Source: a virus (lineage: Duplodnaviria; Caudoviricetes). Taken from it: DNA of 64,000 nt. Where the stretch lies: the IMG/VR virus record IMGVR_UViG_3300048089_000093, positions 1-64,000 of that record. One strand, written 5' to 3'. The first letter of the stretch is position 1. Each line of letters begins with the position of its first letter. Positions 15,732 through 25,314 of this stretch are shown in pieces. Below the pieces are notes generated by a model. The model saw only the letters and a program-made list of their open reading frames with translations, made no database searches and was not told the origin of the DNA. Position numbers and translations under genes: made by a program.

Positions 15732-15733
15732 AC

Positions 15734-16579
15734 ATGGATCTGATCGATTGCGCGAGCTTCTTCGACGATACCAGCGTGACCGCGCCGGGGTCGTCTGTCG
15801 AGCTGTTCGTAGGCCAGCTGGAGCTGTTCGACAACCAGATGCGCGACGGCCTGCAAACCGAGCGCCGCATCCTGTCATACGACCCGAGGCAGGTGTTCAC
15901 GCTGCCCGCCGACGGCATCGTGAGTTTCGCCGGCCGCAACTGGGCGCTTGGCCTCACCTCCCCCGACACATTCCAGTCGGACAACATCCGCGCTGCGTAC
16001 GTCGCGCATATGCTCGACTCGCAGATCACGCTCGGCAGCGCGGGAGACTTCCTCGCCGGCGCGCCGCGCGCGCCCGTGTGGGCCGGTGTGGTGTGGACGA
16101 AAGACTCCAAGGACGGCAACGGCACCGAGGAGGTCTGGTCGCAGGTCACGCTCTACACAGGCAGCGGCGTGCAGGCGGATGACGGCGAGTTCGCGCTCGC
16201 GCAGGGCAAGATGTGGCGCATCCGGAGCGCCCACTTCGTCGCGTCAGGAGTCACGGCGCTGGATGCCATCGAGCTGCCCAGCGACACGAGCAAGACGATT
16301 CAGTGGGTCTCCGCGGCCGGTTACGACAAGATCAAGCAGAAGCCGGTGCCGGGCGCCACGGTCGACGTCCCTGCCCTCGTCATGCGCTTCTATCACGACT
16401 ACCGGCTGGTCACGCAGGCCGCGATCACGCCGAAGGACGGAGACCTGGTCGCGCGCGTGCCGCAGAGCGTAGGTGAGATCAAGGCGGGCGACACGGCGGT
16501 GGTCGACGGCGTCAACCTCTCGGTGGTGTCGGTGCGAACGTTCGCGGACGCCACCTACTGGCTGCATCTGGCGGTCTGA
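15734..16579 (+). CDS. putative head-closure/neck protein
   Basis: Position; beta-rich composition. Confidence 0.5.
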   Translation: MDLIDCASFFDDTSVTAPGSSVELFVGQLELFDNQMRDGLQTERRILSYDPRQVFTLPADGIVSFAGRNWALGLTSPDTFQSDNIRAAYVAHMLDSQITLGSAGDFLAGAPRAPVWAGVVWTKDSKDGNGTEEVWSQVTLYTGSGVQADDGEFALAQGKMWRIRSAHFVASGVTALDAIELPSDTSKTIQWVSAAGYDKIKQKPVPGATVDVPALVMRFYHDYRLVTQAAITPKDGDLVARVPQSVGEIKAGDTAVVDGVNLSVVSVRTFADATYWLHLAV

Positions 16580-16580
16580 C

Positions 16581-17132
16581 GTGAAGATCACCAACCTCGC
16601 CAGGTTCAACGAGGCGTTCGAAGCCGCGGTGATGCGCGGCATCGAACAGGATGTCGTGCCCGTGTTCAAGGGCGTCGTGATGGAAGCGGCGCGCGCACTG
16701 GTGCTGGGCGACTTCAGATATGCGGGCACCCCGGAGTGGAGCGGCAACGCTGCGGCCAACTGGTGGCCGTCAGTCGAGCCCGGCGTGCAGCCCTTCATCG
16801 AGTTCTTTCAGGACGTGGCGCGCCCCGGCGACAAGGACTTCACCACGGACTTCAAGCCTCCGTACAGCGCCGCGTCGCCGCGCCCCGAAGCGATCGAGAT
16901 GTCGCTCGCGCGCGTGGCCGCGTTCCTGAAAGAGCTGCCCCCGATCCCGACGAAGGTCTACATCCAGAACACCGCGCCGTACCTGCAGGAGTACCAGCCG
17001 TACGGTGACGGCAAGGTATTCCGGCTGGAGAACCTCTACCCGCTGTCCGCGATGCGCGCGGCGGTCTTTATGAATGAGCGCGTGGCGACTGCCTCTGCGC
17101 AGCAGCTCGACGCGTGGAAGAAAGGATTCTGA
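16581..17132 (+). CDS. putative neck/tail-completion protein (HK97 gp10-like position)
   Basis: GTG start after the upstream stop; TP..SGNAAANW motif and IQNTAPY...LE pattern. Confidence 0.55.
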   Translation: MKITNLARFNEAFEAAVMRGIEQDVVPVFKGVVMEAARALVLGDFRYAGTPEWSGNAAANWWPSVEPGVQPFIEFFQDVARPGDKDFTTDFKPPYSAASPRPEAIEMSLARVAAFLKELPPIPTKVYIQNTAPYLQEYQPYGDGKVFRLENLYPLSAMRAAVFMNERVATASAQQLDAWKKGF

Positions 17133-17536
17133 TGAGCCGCCAACTGATTATCGAGACGCTCAACGCTGCGGTCTACGCGGCGCTCGACGGGCTGCCAGTC
17201 GATACGTTCAGCGAGAACGGCCCGCAGCCTGATTTCGCGAACCAGTCGCGCGCGTTCACGCTGCACGAGATCGCGATCGACGCGCGCAGCAAGGTGTCGC
17301 TAGGCCACGACGGCGTCAAGCGCTTTCGCGGCGCCATCCAGATCGGCGTGTTCGAGAAGCTGGGCGAAGGCACCTCGGTGACGACGCAGGTGTTCGATGC
17401 GCTCGACGTTGCGCTCGCAAATCGCAACATCAACGGGGTGGTGATGGGTGATTCGCGGATGTGGCCGGCGGCAAGGTTCGACCAGTGGAATCCTTCAGGA
17501 CTCCAATATTTATTCACTTTTGACGAGACTGATTGA
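17132..17536 (+). CDS. putative tail terminator protein
   Basis: TGATG overlap; about 134 aa directly before the tail tube gene. Confidence 0.55.
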   Translation: MSRQLIIETLNAAVYAALDGLPVDTFSENGPQPDFANQSRAFTLHEIAIDARSKVSLGHDGVKRFRGAIQIGVFEKLGEGTSVTTQVFDALDVALANRNINGVVMGDSRMWPAARFDQWNPSGLQYLFTFDETD

Positions 17537-17561
17537 CCGTTTAACGTCAACCCGCGACAAT
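17533..17561 (+). promoter_or_regulatory. tail tube promoter with overlapping inverted repeat
   Basis: TTGACC-17 nt-GACAAT; TTGAC-N8-GTCAA inverted repeat covers the -35 box. Confidence 0.6.
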
Positions 17562-17589
17562 CGCGGCAAACCTATATGGGAGCAGGACA

Positions 17590-18819
17590 ATGACGACGCA
17601 AAAACTTGGCGCATCGAGCTTTACGCAGCTGCGGTACATCCCTGAAGTGGATTGGGGCGTGACCCCGGCGACCGGCAATGCGATCGAGCTGCGAATGACG
17701 GGCGAGACGCTCGACTTCAACCTGACCAAGGACAGCTCGAAGGAAATCAACTCGTCGCGCCAGGTGCGCTCGCTCGCAACGACCAACGCTTCGGCGCAGG
17801 GCGCGGTGAACATCGAGTTCAGCTACTCCGAGTACGACTTCTTCCTCGCCGCCCTCCTCGGCAGCGCGTGGGTCGCGTACGGTACGAGCGGGCAATCGGC
17901 GTCGATCACCGCGACGGCGGCAATCGACGGCACGGGCACCGGCCACGACACGCTGACGGCGAGCGTCGCGACGGCAGGCAACGACGCGTGGACGAAGCTC
18001 AAGAAGGGCGACTACGTCCGCATCGACCCGGCCACGCCCGCTGACGTGGTTGGTGCCAACGCGGGCCTGATGCTGCAGCTGGACATGGACGGAACGACCA
18101 CAGTCCTGTCGTTCGCTTCGGGTAGCGGCCTGGTCGCGATGACTGGCAAGAACATCAAGATTTCCAGCCAGAAGCTGAAGATCGGCAACAACATCGGCAG
18201 CGCGACGATCGAGAAGAACTTCACCGACGTGAACCAGTTCTTCAGCTACACCGGCATGTCGCCGTCGAAGCTGGATCTGTCGCTGCAGACGGGCAACTTC
18301 ATCACCGGCTCGCTGACCTTCGTCGGCAAGAAGGGCAATCGCACGGACGTAACCGCGCTTCCTGGTGTCCCGGTTGCTTCGCAGAACTATCGATCGATGT
18401 CTGCGGTCGACGGCGTGTGGGACGTCCGGATCGGCGGTGTGCCGGTCGAGACGAAGTACGAGACGTACATCAAGGAGCTGACGCTGTCCTACGACAACCA
18501 GCTCGAAGGTCTGATGGCACTCGGCTACCTCGGCGCGGTGCAGCTGATGGCGAAAGAGATCCAGCTCACCGGCGGCATGCAGCTGTACCTGGCCGACGGC
18601 TCGCTGTACGACGACTTCGTAGCCGGCGTGACCAACAGCATGTCGTTCGTCGTGAAAGACCCGGACGGCTACGGCTACGCGTTCGTGTTCGACAAGATCG
18701 ACTTCAGCTCGATGCCGGTGCAGGCTTCCGGGAACGGCCAGTCGGTGGTGCTCGACGCGAAGTGGACCGCGCTGATGGGCGACACCTCGAAGAACTCGCT
18801 GACGATCTTCAAACTTTAA
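17590..18819 (+). CDS. major tail tube protein with inserted domain
   Basis: LRYIPEVDWGVTP...LRMTGETL and SKEINSSRQ at the N-terminus; GAVNIEFSY; central insertion of about 120 aa. Confidence 0.8.
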   Translation: MTTQKLGASSFTQLRYIPEVDWGVTPATGNAIELRMTGETLDFNLTKDSSKEINSSRQVRSLATTNASAQGAVNIEFSYSEYDFFLAALLGSAWVAYGTSGQSASITATAAIDGTGTGHDTLTASVATAGNDAWTKLKKGDYVRIDPATPADVVGANAGLMLQLDMDGTTTVLSFASGSGLVAMTGKNIKISSQKLKIGNNIGSATIEKNFTDVNQFFSYTGMSPSKLDLSLQTGNFITGSLTFVGKKGNRTDVTALPGVPVASQNYRSMSAVDGVWDVRIGGVPVETKYETYIKELTLSYDNQLEGLMALGYLGAVQLMAKEIQLTGGMQLYLADGSLYDDFVAGVTNSMSFVVKDPDGYGYAFVFDKIDFSSMPVQASGNGQSVVLDAKWTALMGDTSKNSLTIFKL

Positions 18820-18824
18820 GCGCC

Positions 18825-18853
18825 TTGATATAGGGCACCTGAAACAGTAGACT
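18825..18853 (+). promoter_or_regulatory. sigma70-like promoter of tail chaperone gene
   Basis: TTGATA-17 nt-TAGACT. Confidence 0.5.
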
Positions 18854-18907
18854 ACGCCTCGACGCTTCGGCCTCGGGGCGTATTTCATTTACAAAGGACT
18901 CCTACAC

Positions 18908-19318
18908 ATGGACATCTTCAAGAAGTTTGCGACCGACCCGGAAAAAGAGCTGAACGGCACGGTCGTACAGCTCGACGACACGACGTCGCTGCTGATCCGA
19001 CGCTTCGCCAACCCGGACCATCTCGCGCTGCTCAACGACCTGAACCAGCGCCACAAGGTCGTGCTGAACAGCACGGACCCGAAGGTCGTGCAGGACGCGA
19101 AGAACGACATCTCGCGCGAGGCGATGGCAAACCACATCCTCGTGGGCTGGGAAGGCATCGAGTTCAAGGGCAAGCCGATGGAGTACAGCGTCGCGAATGC
19201 CAAGGTTCTGCTGGGCCTGAACGACTTCATGGACTTCGTGTTTTCGGCCTCGCGCAACATCGAGAACTACCGCGTCGACGACGTGGCGAAGATCGAAAAA
19301 AACTCGTCAGCCGGCTGA
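18908..19318 (+). CDS. tail assembly chaperone (gpG-like)
   Basis: Between tube and tape measure genes; ILVGWEGI...YSVANAKVLL pattern; slippery site near the 3' end. Confidence 0.8.
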   Translation: MDIFKKFATDPEKELNGTVVQLDDTTSLLIRRFANPDHLALLNDLNQRHKVVLNSTDPKVVQDAKNDISREAMANHILVGWEGIEFKGKPMEYSVANAKVLLGLNDFMDFVFSASRNIENYRVDDVAKIEKNSSAG

Positions 19319-19677
19319 AGTGGAACCTTGATTGGGGGGCGCAGCGCGAGTTCCTTCAAGGTGTGTGGCGGCGCAGCGGCAAGATGCCTGCGCCGCTCGC
19401 CGAGGAGCCCACGCTGGAAGATCACGAGATCGGCTACTTCGAGGTATTCAGTGGGCTTTCGTCATCGCGCAGTTACGCCGACGGCAGTCCGCAGCCGATT
19501 CGGGTCAGCGAGGTTCTCGCCTACTGCCAGCTGATGGGGATTGACCGGCTGGAGCAACGGCAGGACACGCTGCAGATGGTTCAGGCGCTCGACGGCGTAT
19601 GGATGACGCACCAGGTCGAGAAGATATCCAGAAGCCGCTCCCAGGCTGCAGCCGGCAACGCGCACACGCGCAAATGA
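19297..19677 (+). CDS. gpT-like extension produced by -1 frameshift
   Basis: A-AAA-AAC heptamer at 19297-19303 in frame; the -1 frame is open through 19677. Confidence 0.75.
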   Translation, partial: KKLVSRLKWNLDWGAQREFLQGVWRRSGKMPAPLAEEPTLEDHEIGYFEVFSGLSSSRSYADGSPQPIRVSEVLAYCQLMGIDRLEQRQDTLQMVQALDGVWMTHQVEKISRSRSQAAAGNAHTRK

Positions 19678-19703
19678 CGCCAGCCCTTCGGCTGGCGTTT
19701 TTT
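19677..19703 (+). terminator. intrinsic terminator before tape measure gene
   Basis: ACGCCAGCC-CTTC-GGCTGGCGT-TTTTT. Confidence 0.75.
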
Positions 19704-19743
19704 CGTCTGCACAACGATAATGCGGACAACTAAGGAGTTGGCG

Positions 19744-22700
19744 ATGTCAGAACAGGCCGGTGGCGTAAAACTCGAAGTAGAGCTGAATACTGAGAAAGCT
19801 CTGGCCGTGTTGCGCGCATTCCAGGCTGAGGTCGCCAAGGTAGAGAACTCCGGAGCCCAGATCAGCAAGATGCAGGAGTCGGTGATTCAGGGCACTGCGA
19901 TGATGCAGAGGTCGCTCGCTGGCCTGCAAGCGATCGCGGCGGAACAGGAAGTACTGACGCGGCAGGTGGAGGAACGCGCCGCGGCGGAGAAGGCGCAGGA
20001 GTCGGCAGCCGATGCGGCCAACCGTGCCGCGCGCAACGCGATGCGCGCGCAGATCAAGGATGCCGAGTACCTGAACAAGACGCTGGCGCAACGCCAGCAG
20101 ATCCTCGCGCGGATCAGCGCGGCCACGCGCGGTCAGGACGTCTCGGCGCTCAACGCAGACCAGCGCGGCGTGCTCGGCGCGCGTTACAGCAACCTCGCGG
20201 TCGACGAATTCGCTAACGGCGGCCTCGCCAACTCCACCCGCGCGCAGCAGCAGATCGCCGAGCGCGAGGCTCAAGCCGTCGCGCAGGCCGCTGCGGACAA
20301 GGAGATGTCGGTCGCCCATGCCGAAGCGCTGAAGATCAACAAGGCGCTCGACGACAAGGCGGCGGCCGACCGCGTCGCCAACCTCGAAACTATCCGCGCG
20401 CTCGAACGGCAGCTGGAGGCAGACTCCATCGCAGGTGAGCGCGCGCGCAACGAGGCGATCGTCGCCTTGCGGCAGGCGCAGGAAGCCGAGATCACCGCTG
20501 CGCACTCTGAAGCGCTGAAGATCAACCGCACCCTCGACGCTGAAGCAGCCGCAGCCCAGAAGGCAGAGTCAGCTGCGCGCGTTGCCGACCTCGAAACGAT
20601 CCGCCTGCTCGAAAACCAGATGGCCGTTGACGCGGTCGCGCGCGAGCAGGCGCGCAATGACGCGATCGTGGCTCAACGTGCCGCGGAAGAAGCTGAGCTG
20701 ACGGCACTGCACACACGCGCGCTCGCGGAGAACGCCGCGCTAGATAAGGCGGCGGCTGCCGAGCGAGCGGAAGCGCTTGCGGCGCAGCAGGCGCAGATGG
20801 CCGAGGCCGCTGCGGAACAGATCGCCCAGATCCAAGCGCGCGTCGCCGCAGACAAGGTCGCGAACGCTGAGCGCCTCGCGCAACTTGCCGCGGAAAACGC
20901 CGCTCTCCGGGAGCAGATGGCGCTGGAGGCCGCGCGCGCGGCTGAGGTGAAGCGCAGCGCGGACTACGAGACGTCGACTATCAGCTCGAAGATGAAGATG
21001 CTGAAGTCGATCGCCGTTGCTGAGGCGCAGGTCGGCAAGCTGAGCGACAACCCGACGATCGCAGCGAAGTTCCCGACAGCAGCCCTCTCCGACTACGCGA
21101 TGATCGGCGCGGGTTCGGACGCCTACCACAAGTTCCGCGCCGAGCTGGAGGCGGTCGGCAAGGGCTCGGCGAGCGCTGCGACAGGCATCAAGGCCACCGC
21201 GCAGGAAGCGCGCGAGCTGACCACCATCATCAAGGACGTCATCACCGGCGAGTGGTCGCGCTTTGGCGGGTCGGTCACCCGACTGCTGACCCTCTCGGGC
21301 ACGTTCGACGGCGTCCTTGGGCTGGTAGGCGGCTCGATCCTCGCCACCGGCCTCGCGATGGGTGCGCTCGCCGCCGCCGCGGTAAAGGGCGCGTCCGACC
21401 AGAACCAGCTGAACCTCGCGCTCGCTCAGACCGGCAACTATGCGGGTGTGACCGAGAGCGGCCTGAACGACATCGCTGAGTCGGCTACCCACATGGGCGG
21501 CACGATCGGCGAAGCTCGCGAGACCGTCCTGCAACTGGCGCAGTCGGGCCGCTACACAGCTGACCAGATCAAACTGATCGCGGATGCCGCGTCGGCGATC
21601 GGCGGCGCTGGCGGCAACGTCGAGAACTTCCTGAAGCAGATCGACGGGCTGAAGGACAACCCGACAGACGGCGTCTACAAGCTCAACGAGCAGTTCCACT
21701 TCCTGACGGCCTCGACGTACGAGGCCATCGCCGCAGCCGAGCGCCACGGCGACGCGATCAAGGCGTCGCAGCTCGCCATCGAGGCGTTCGCTGACACGCA
21801 GGAAGAACGCGGCAAGCAGGTGATCGAGAACGCCGGGCTCATCACGCGCGCGTGGCACGGCGTGAAGGACGCGATCAGCGAGGCGCTCGACAAGCTGCTG
21901 TCGATCGGCAAGGTCGAGACGACCGCCGAGAAAATCGCCACGCTGACGGCCAAGATCCAGGAGGTCAAGAACCGGCCAATCGGCGAGTACGGGATCAACG
22001 ACACTTCCGGCATGGAACGCGACCTCGCGGACCTGCAGAAGAAGATGGAGTTAGAGAACCAAAATGCGCAGACTCAAGGCAAGCTGGCTGAGGCCACGCT
22101 CAAGCAGGTGCAGGCTACGAAGCTGCTCGACGCGGAGCGCAAGAAGCTGCGTACGCCGGCCGACAAGCGCAGGGACGAGGAGGAACTGCTCCGCAAGGGG
22201 CTCGCGCCGCTAGTCGGCCTGCCCGCGGATCAGGGCGGCATCACGCAGAAGGACGTTGACGACCTCGTCGCGAAGGCTGCGCTCAAGTATCACGACAAGG
22301 CACCCAAGCGCGGTCACATCGACCCGACCGACTACAACGCTGCGCAGGAGCAGGCCAAACTCGACGCGGACGCGCTGAAGAACGCGCAGGATCTGCTCAA
22401 CATCCGCAAGCAACTTGGGCTCGCAATCAGTGAGGAGAGCTACGCACATATCGAGCAGCTCGCCCTCATTGCGCAGGAGTCCGACTACGAGTCGCGCCGC
22501 GAGAAGATCCTCAAAGAGATCAAGAACGCCGAGCGCAACGGCAACCCGAACAGCAAGCGGCAGCTGCTGGACGAACTCGACATTCTGGACGAGCAGAACG
22601 ACGCGAAGAAAAAGCAGATCGAGCTGGACTATGACCGCGACGAGGTGCAGCGGAACATCCAGCGCGCGCTGCTCAACATCTCGACGATCGAGAACTCACG

Positions 22701-24252
22701 CACGGCGATCCTGCAGGCGCAGGACGCGCTCTACGGCAACGCTGCCAGTATGGATACGGCGCGGCTGGACGCACTCGTCGAACGCGTCACGATCGAGAAG
22801 GCCCAGTATGACCAGGCGCTGCAGATGGAGCAGCTCAAGGACTCGGGCGCCAGCGCGGACGAAGTGGCGTACGCACGCGAGGCCAACAGCCTGAAGCTCG
22901 CGCAGCAGATCTTCGAGATCGAGAAGGAGCGGCAGAAACTGCTGATGGACAACGCGTTCACGATTCAGAACGTGTACCAGCAGACGCTCAACTCGATCGA
23001 CGCGCAGATCGCGGCGCTGGAGAAGGGCCGCACGACGCTCGCCGACCAGGCGGTGACGGGTTTCTCGGGCGGCTTCCAGAACGCGAACAACGCGCTGTTC
23101 CAGTCGTTCAAGAGCAAGGACGCCGCGAACAAGTTCACGGCGCAGAACTACACCGGCGAGATCGGCAGCTCGATCTACGACTCGATCACCAAGAGCCTGT
23201 CGCAGGAGCTGACGGAGTCCACGCTGAAGGGCTTCCAGGGGCTGCTGAAGACGACCGGCGCTGTGTCGCAGGCCGACGTCGCGCGCGACAAGGCGCAGCA
23301 GGATCTGGCGCTAAACACGCAGACGATGACGCAGGCGTTGTCGATCACGATCCCCGAGAAGCTCGACCAGCTGATCGGGCTGAACAACGGCACGATCACG
23401 CCGACCGGGCCGGTGGGCAACGCCGCACTCACGGGGGGTGCGCGGGCCGACGCCAATGCAGCAAGTGGCACGCTCGGCGCGGCCGACTTCACATCGCCCG
23501 AGGACGCCGCAAAGCTCTACCAGAGCACAGCCTCTGGCGCGGGCAAGGCCACCAACGCGATGTCGCAGTTCGGGCAGACCTCGGACAGCGTGCTCTCGCA
23601 GTTCGGGCTGACTGCGTCGAGCGCGGCGGGGCTGCTGTACACCGGCGTAGTCGCGGCAACTTCGGGCAGCTCCAAGGCGATCAAGAACTACGTGGTCTAC
23701 GCGACGGCGCAGCTGCTCGAACTGTACGCGATCCAGAAGTTGGTCGGTCTATTCGGGTCGGCCGCGGGCGGGGGGATCAACGGCGCAGGCGTGCAGGTAG
23801 GCGCGGTAGCGACGCCGACAGTGACGGCCACCCCGCTCTACGCCGACGGCGTCGCATCGGTCGACAAGGACGGCTACATCACGGCGCCGGGCGGCCCGCG
23901 CGACGACCGCGGCCTCGCATGGCTGTCGAACGGCGAGTCGGTGCTGACGGCTGCGGCCACGAAGTACTACGGCGCCGATCGCATCGCACGCATGAACAAG
24001 ATGTCGCTGCCGCGCTTCGCTGACGGCCGCGTAGGCGCCGGCGCCGGTAGCGGCGCAGGCGGCTCGGGCATCTCCATCCAGATCGACGTCGATGCGTCAG
24101 GCGGAAAGGGGGGCAACAGCTCAGTGCAAGACGCGGCCCAGTCAGGGCAGCTGTCCCGTGAGCTGGAGAGTTCTGTACTCCAGGTGTTCCAGAAGTACTC
24201 GGGTCAGGGCGGCCCGATCTACACCACCATCAAACAGATCGCAGGACGGTAG
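19744..24252 (+). CDS. tail tape measure protein (about 1500 aa)
   Basis: Long Ala/Gln/Glu-rich helical ORF; lambda-type LAQTGNYAGVT and LNEQFHFLT segments; AAGGAG before ATG 19744. Confidence 0.9.
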   Translation: MSEQAGGVKLEVELNTEKALAVLRAFQAEVAKVENSGAQISKMQESVIQGTAMMQRSLAGLQAIAAEQEVLTRQVEERAAAEKAQESAADAANRAARNAMRAQIKDAEYLNKTLAQRQQILARISAATRGQDVSALNADQRGVLGARYSNLAVDEFANGGLANSTRAQQQIAEREAQAVAQAAADKEMSVAHAEALKINKALDDKAAADRVANLETIRALERQLEADSIAGERARNEAIVALRQAQEAEITAAHSEALKINRTLDAEAAAAQKAESAARVADLETIRLLENQMAVDAVAREQARNDAIVAQRAAEEAELTALHTRALAENAALDKAAAAERAEALAAQQAQMAEAAAEQIAQIQARVAADKVANAERLAQLAAENAALREQMALEAARAAEVKRSADYETSTISSKMKMLKSIAVAEAQVGKLSDNPTIAAKFPTAALSDYAMIGAGSDAYHKFRAELEAVGKGSASAATGIKATAQEARELTTIIKDVITGEWSRFGGSVTRLLTLSGTFDGVLGLVGGSILATGLAMGALAAAAVKGASDQNQLNLALAQTGNYAGVTESGLNDIAESATHMGGTIGEARETVLQLAQSGRYTADQIKLIADAASAIGGAGGNVENFLKQIDGLKDNPTDGVYKLNEQFHFLTASTYEAIAAAERHGDAIKASQLAIEAFADTQEERGKQVIENAGLITRAWHGVKDAISEALDKLLSIGKVETTAEKIATLTAKIQEVKNRPIGEYGINDTSGMERDLADLQKKMELENQNAQTQGKLAEATLKQVQATKLLDAERKKLRTPADKRRDEEELLRKGLAPLVGLPADQGGITQKDVDDLVAKAALKYHDKAPKRGHIDPTDYNAAQEQAKLDADALKNAQDLLNIRKQLGLAISEESYAHIEQLALIAQESDYESRREKILKEIKNAERNGNPNSKRQLLDELDILDEQNDAKKKQIELDYDRDEVQRNIQRALLNISTIENSRTAILQAQDALYGNAASMDTARLDALVERVTIEKAQYDQALQMEQLKDSGASADEVAYAREANSLKLAQQIFEIEKERQKLLMDNAFTIQNVYQQTLNSIDAQIAALEKGRTTLADQAVTGFSGGFQNANNALFQSFKSKDAANKFTAQNYTGEIGSSIYDSITKSLSQELTESTLKGFQGLLKTTGAVSQADVARDKAQQDLALNTQTMTQALSITIPEKLDQLIGLNNGTITPTGPVGNAALTGGARADANAASGTLGAADFTSPEDAAKLYQSTASGAGKATNAMSQFGQTSDSVLSQFGLTASSAAGLLYTGVVAATSGSSKAIKNYVVYATAQLLELYAIQKLVGLFGSAAGGGINGAGVQVGAVATPTVTATPLYADGVASVDKDGYITAPGGPRDDRGLAWLSNGESVLTAAATKYYGADRIARMNKMSLPRFADGRVGAGAGSGAGGSGISIQIDVDASGGKGGNSSVQDAAQSGQLSRELESSVLQVFQKYSGQGGPIYTTIKQIAGR

Positions 24253-24254
24253 TA

Positions 24255-24608
24255 ATGGCGAGTGACCTCGAAATCTATGACTGGCTCGTGACCTACGGCG
24301 CGAAGAACACGGTCACGCCTGACGTCCTTTCCGCAGTGTTCGGCGACGGCTACTCGCAGGACATCCCTGACGGCATCAACTCGACCGCGGACTCGTGGAG
24401 CATCACCTCCAGACTGTCGCCTTCTGACGCCGATGACGCATTCGAGTTTCTCCGCAGGCAGCGTGGCGCTACGCGGTTCTGGTGGACGCCGCCGCGCTAC
24501 GTCAGCCCGATCAAGGTGAAGACGACGGGAGCTATCGAGAAGGGCGAGGAGAGCGCGGGGTTCGTCACCGTGACAGCCACATTCAAGCAGGTTTTTGATC
24601 CGGACTGA
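24255..24608 (+). CDS. distal tail protein (lambda gpM-like)
   Basis: FGDGYSQ...GIN, FWWTPP and ATFKQVF motifs. Confidence 0.85.
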   Translation: MASDLEIYDWLVTYGAKNTVTPDVLSAVFGDGYSQDIPDGINSTADSWSITSRLSPSDADDAFEFLRRQRGATRFWWTPPRYVSPIKVKTTGAIEKGEESAGFVTVTATFKQVFDPD

Positions 24609-24612
24609 TGCC

Positions 24613-25314
24613 ATGACCACGACTAACACACTCCAGGCTGAGGTGATGAAGCTCGCGCCCGACGCGCTGATCGAGCTTTACATCCTGGACCTCAACACGA
24701 TTGGCGTCGCCGCGATCGAATACTTCCATTGCGGCACGAACGAGAACCGCCAGCCTGTTGTGTTTCAGGGCATCACCTACCAGCCTTTCCCGGTGCAGGT
24801 GACTGGGTTCGAAATGAACGGCCAGGGGCAGCTGCCGACGCCGAAGCTGGCCGTGAGCAACACGAACGGGGCGATCTCGCAGACGATCCTCCAGTATCAG
24901 GACATGGTCGGTGCGAAGGTCACGCGCAAGCGCACCTTCGCGAAGTTCCTCGACGGAGAGCCCGACGCGAACCCGACGCAGGAGTTCCCGCTCGACGTCT
25001 ACTACGTCGGCCGCAAGACGGCGGAGAACGGCGACATCGTGCAGTTCGACCTGGTGAGCACCTTCGACCTCACCGGAATCACCCTGCCGTCTCGGCAGAT
25101 CATCCAGAACAGCTGCACGTGGGTCTACAAGAGCGCGGAGTGCAGCTGGGTGCCCGTCACTGGCTACTACTTCGACGCGAACGATCAGCCAGTCCTGCCG
25201 GGCGCGGACATTTGTGGCAAGCGGCTCGACAGCTGCAAATGCCGGTTCGCGCGCTTCGGCACCAACCCTGACCTCCCCTTTGGGGGCTTCCCCGGAGTAC
25301 GCCGCTATGTCTGA
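24613..25314 (+). CDS. tail tip protein (lambda gpL-like)
   Basis: IELYILDL, YQPFPVQVTGFE, KVTRKRTFAKFLD; C-terminal Cys cluster and PFGGFPG. Confidence 0.9.
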   Translation: MTTTNTLQAEVMKLAPDALIELYILDLNTIGVAAIEYFHCGTNENRQPVVFQGITYQPFPVQVTGFEMNGQGQLPTPKLAVSNTNGAISQTILQYQDMVGAKVTRKRTFAKFLDGEPDANPTQEFPLDVYYVGRKTAENGDIVQFDLVSTFDLTGITLPSRQIIQNSCTWVYKSAECSWVPVTGYYFDANDQPVLPGADICGKRLDSCKCRFARFGTNPDLPFGGFPGVRRYV

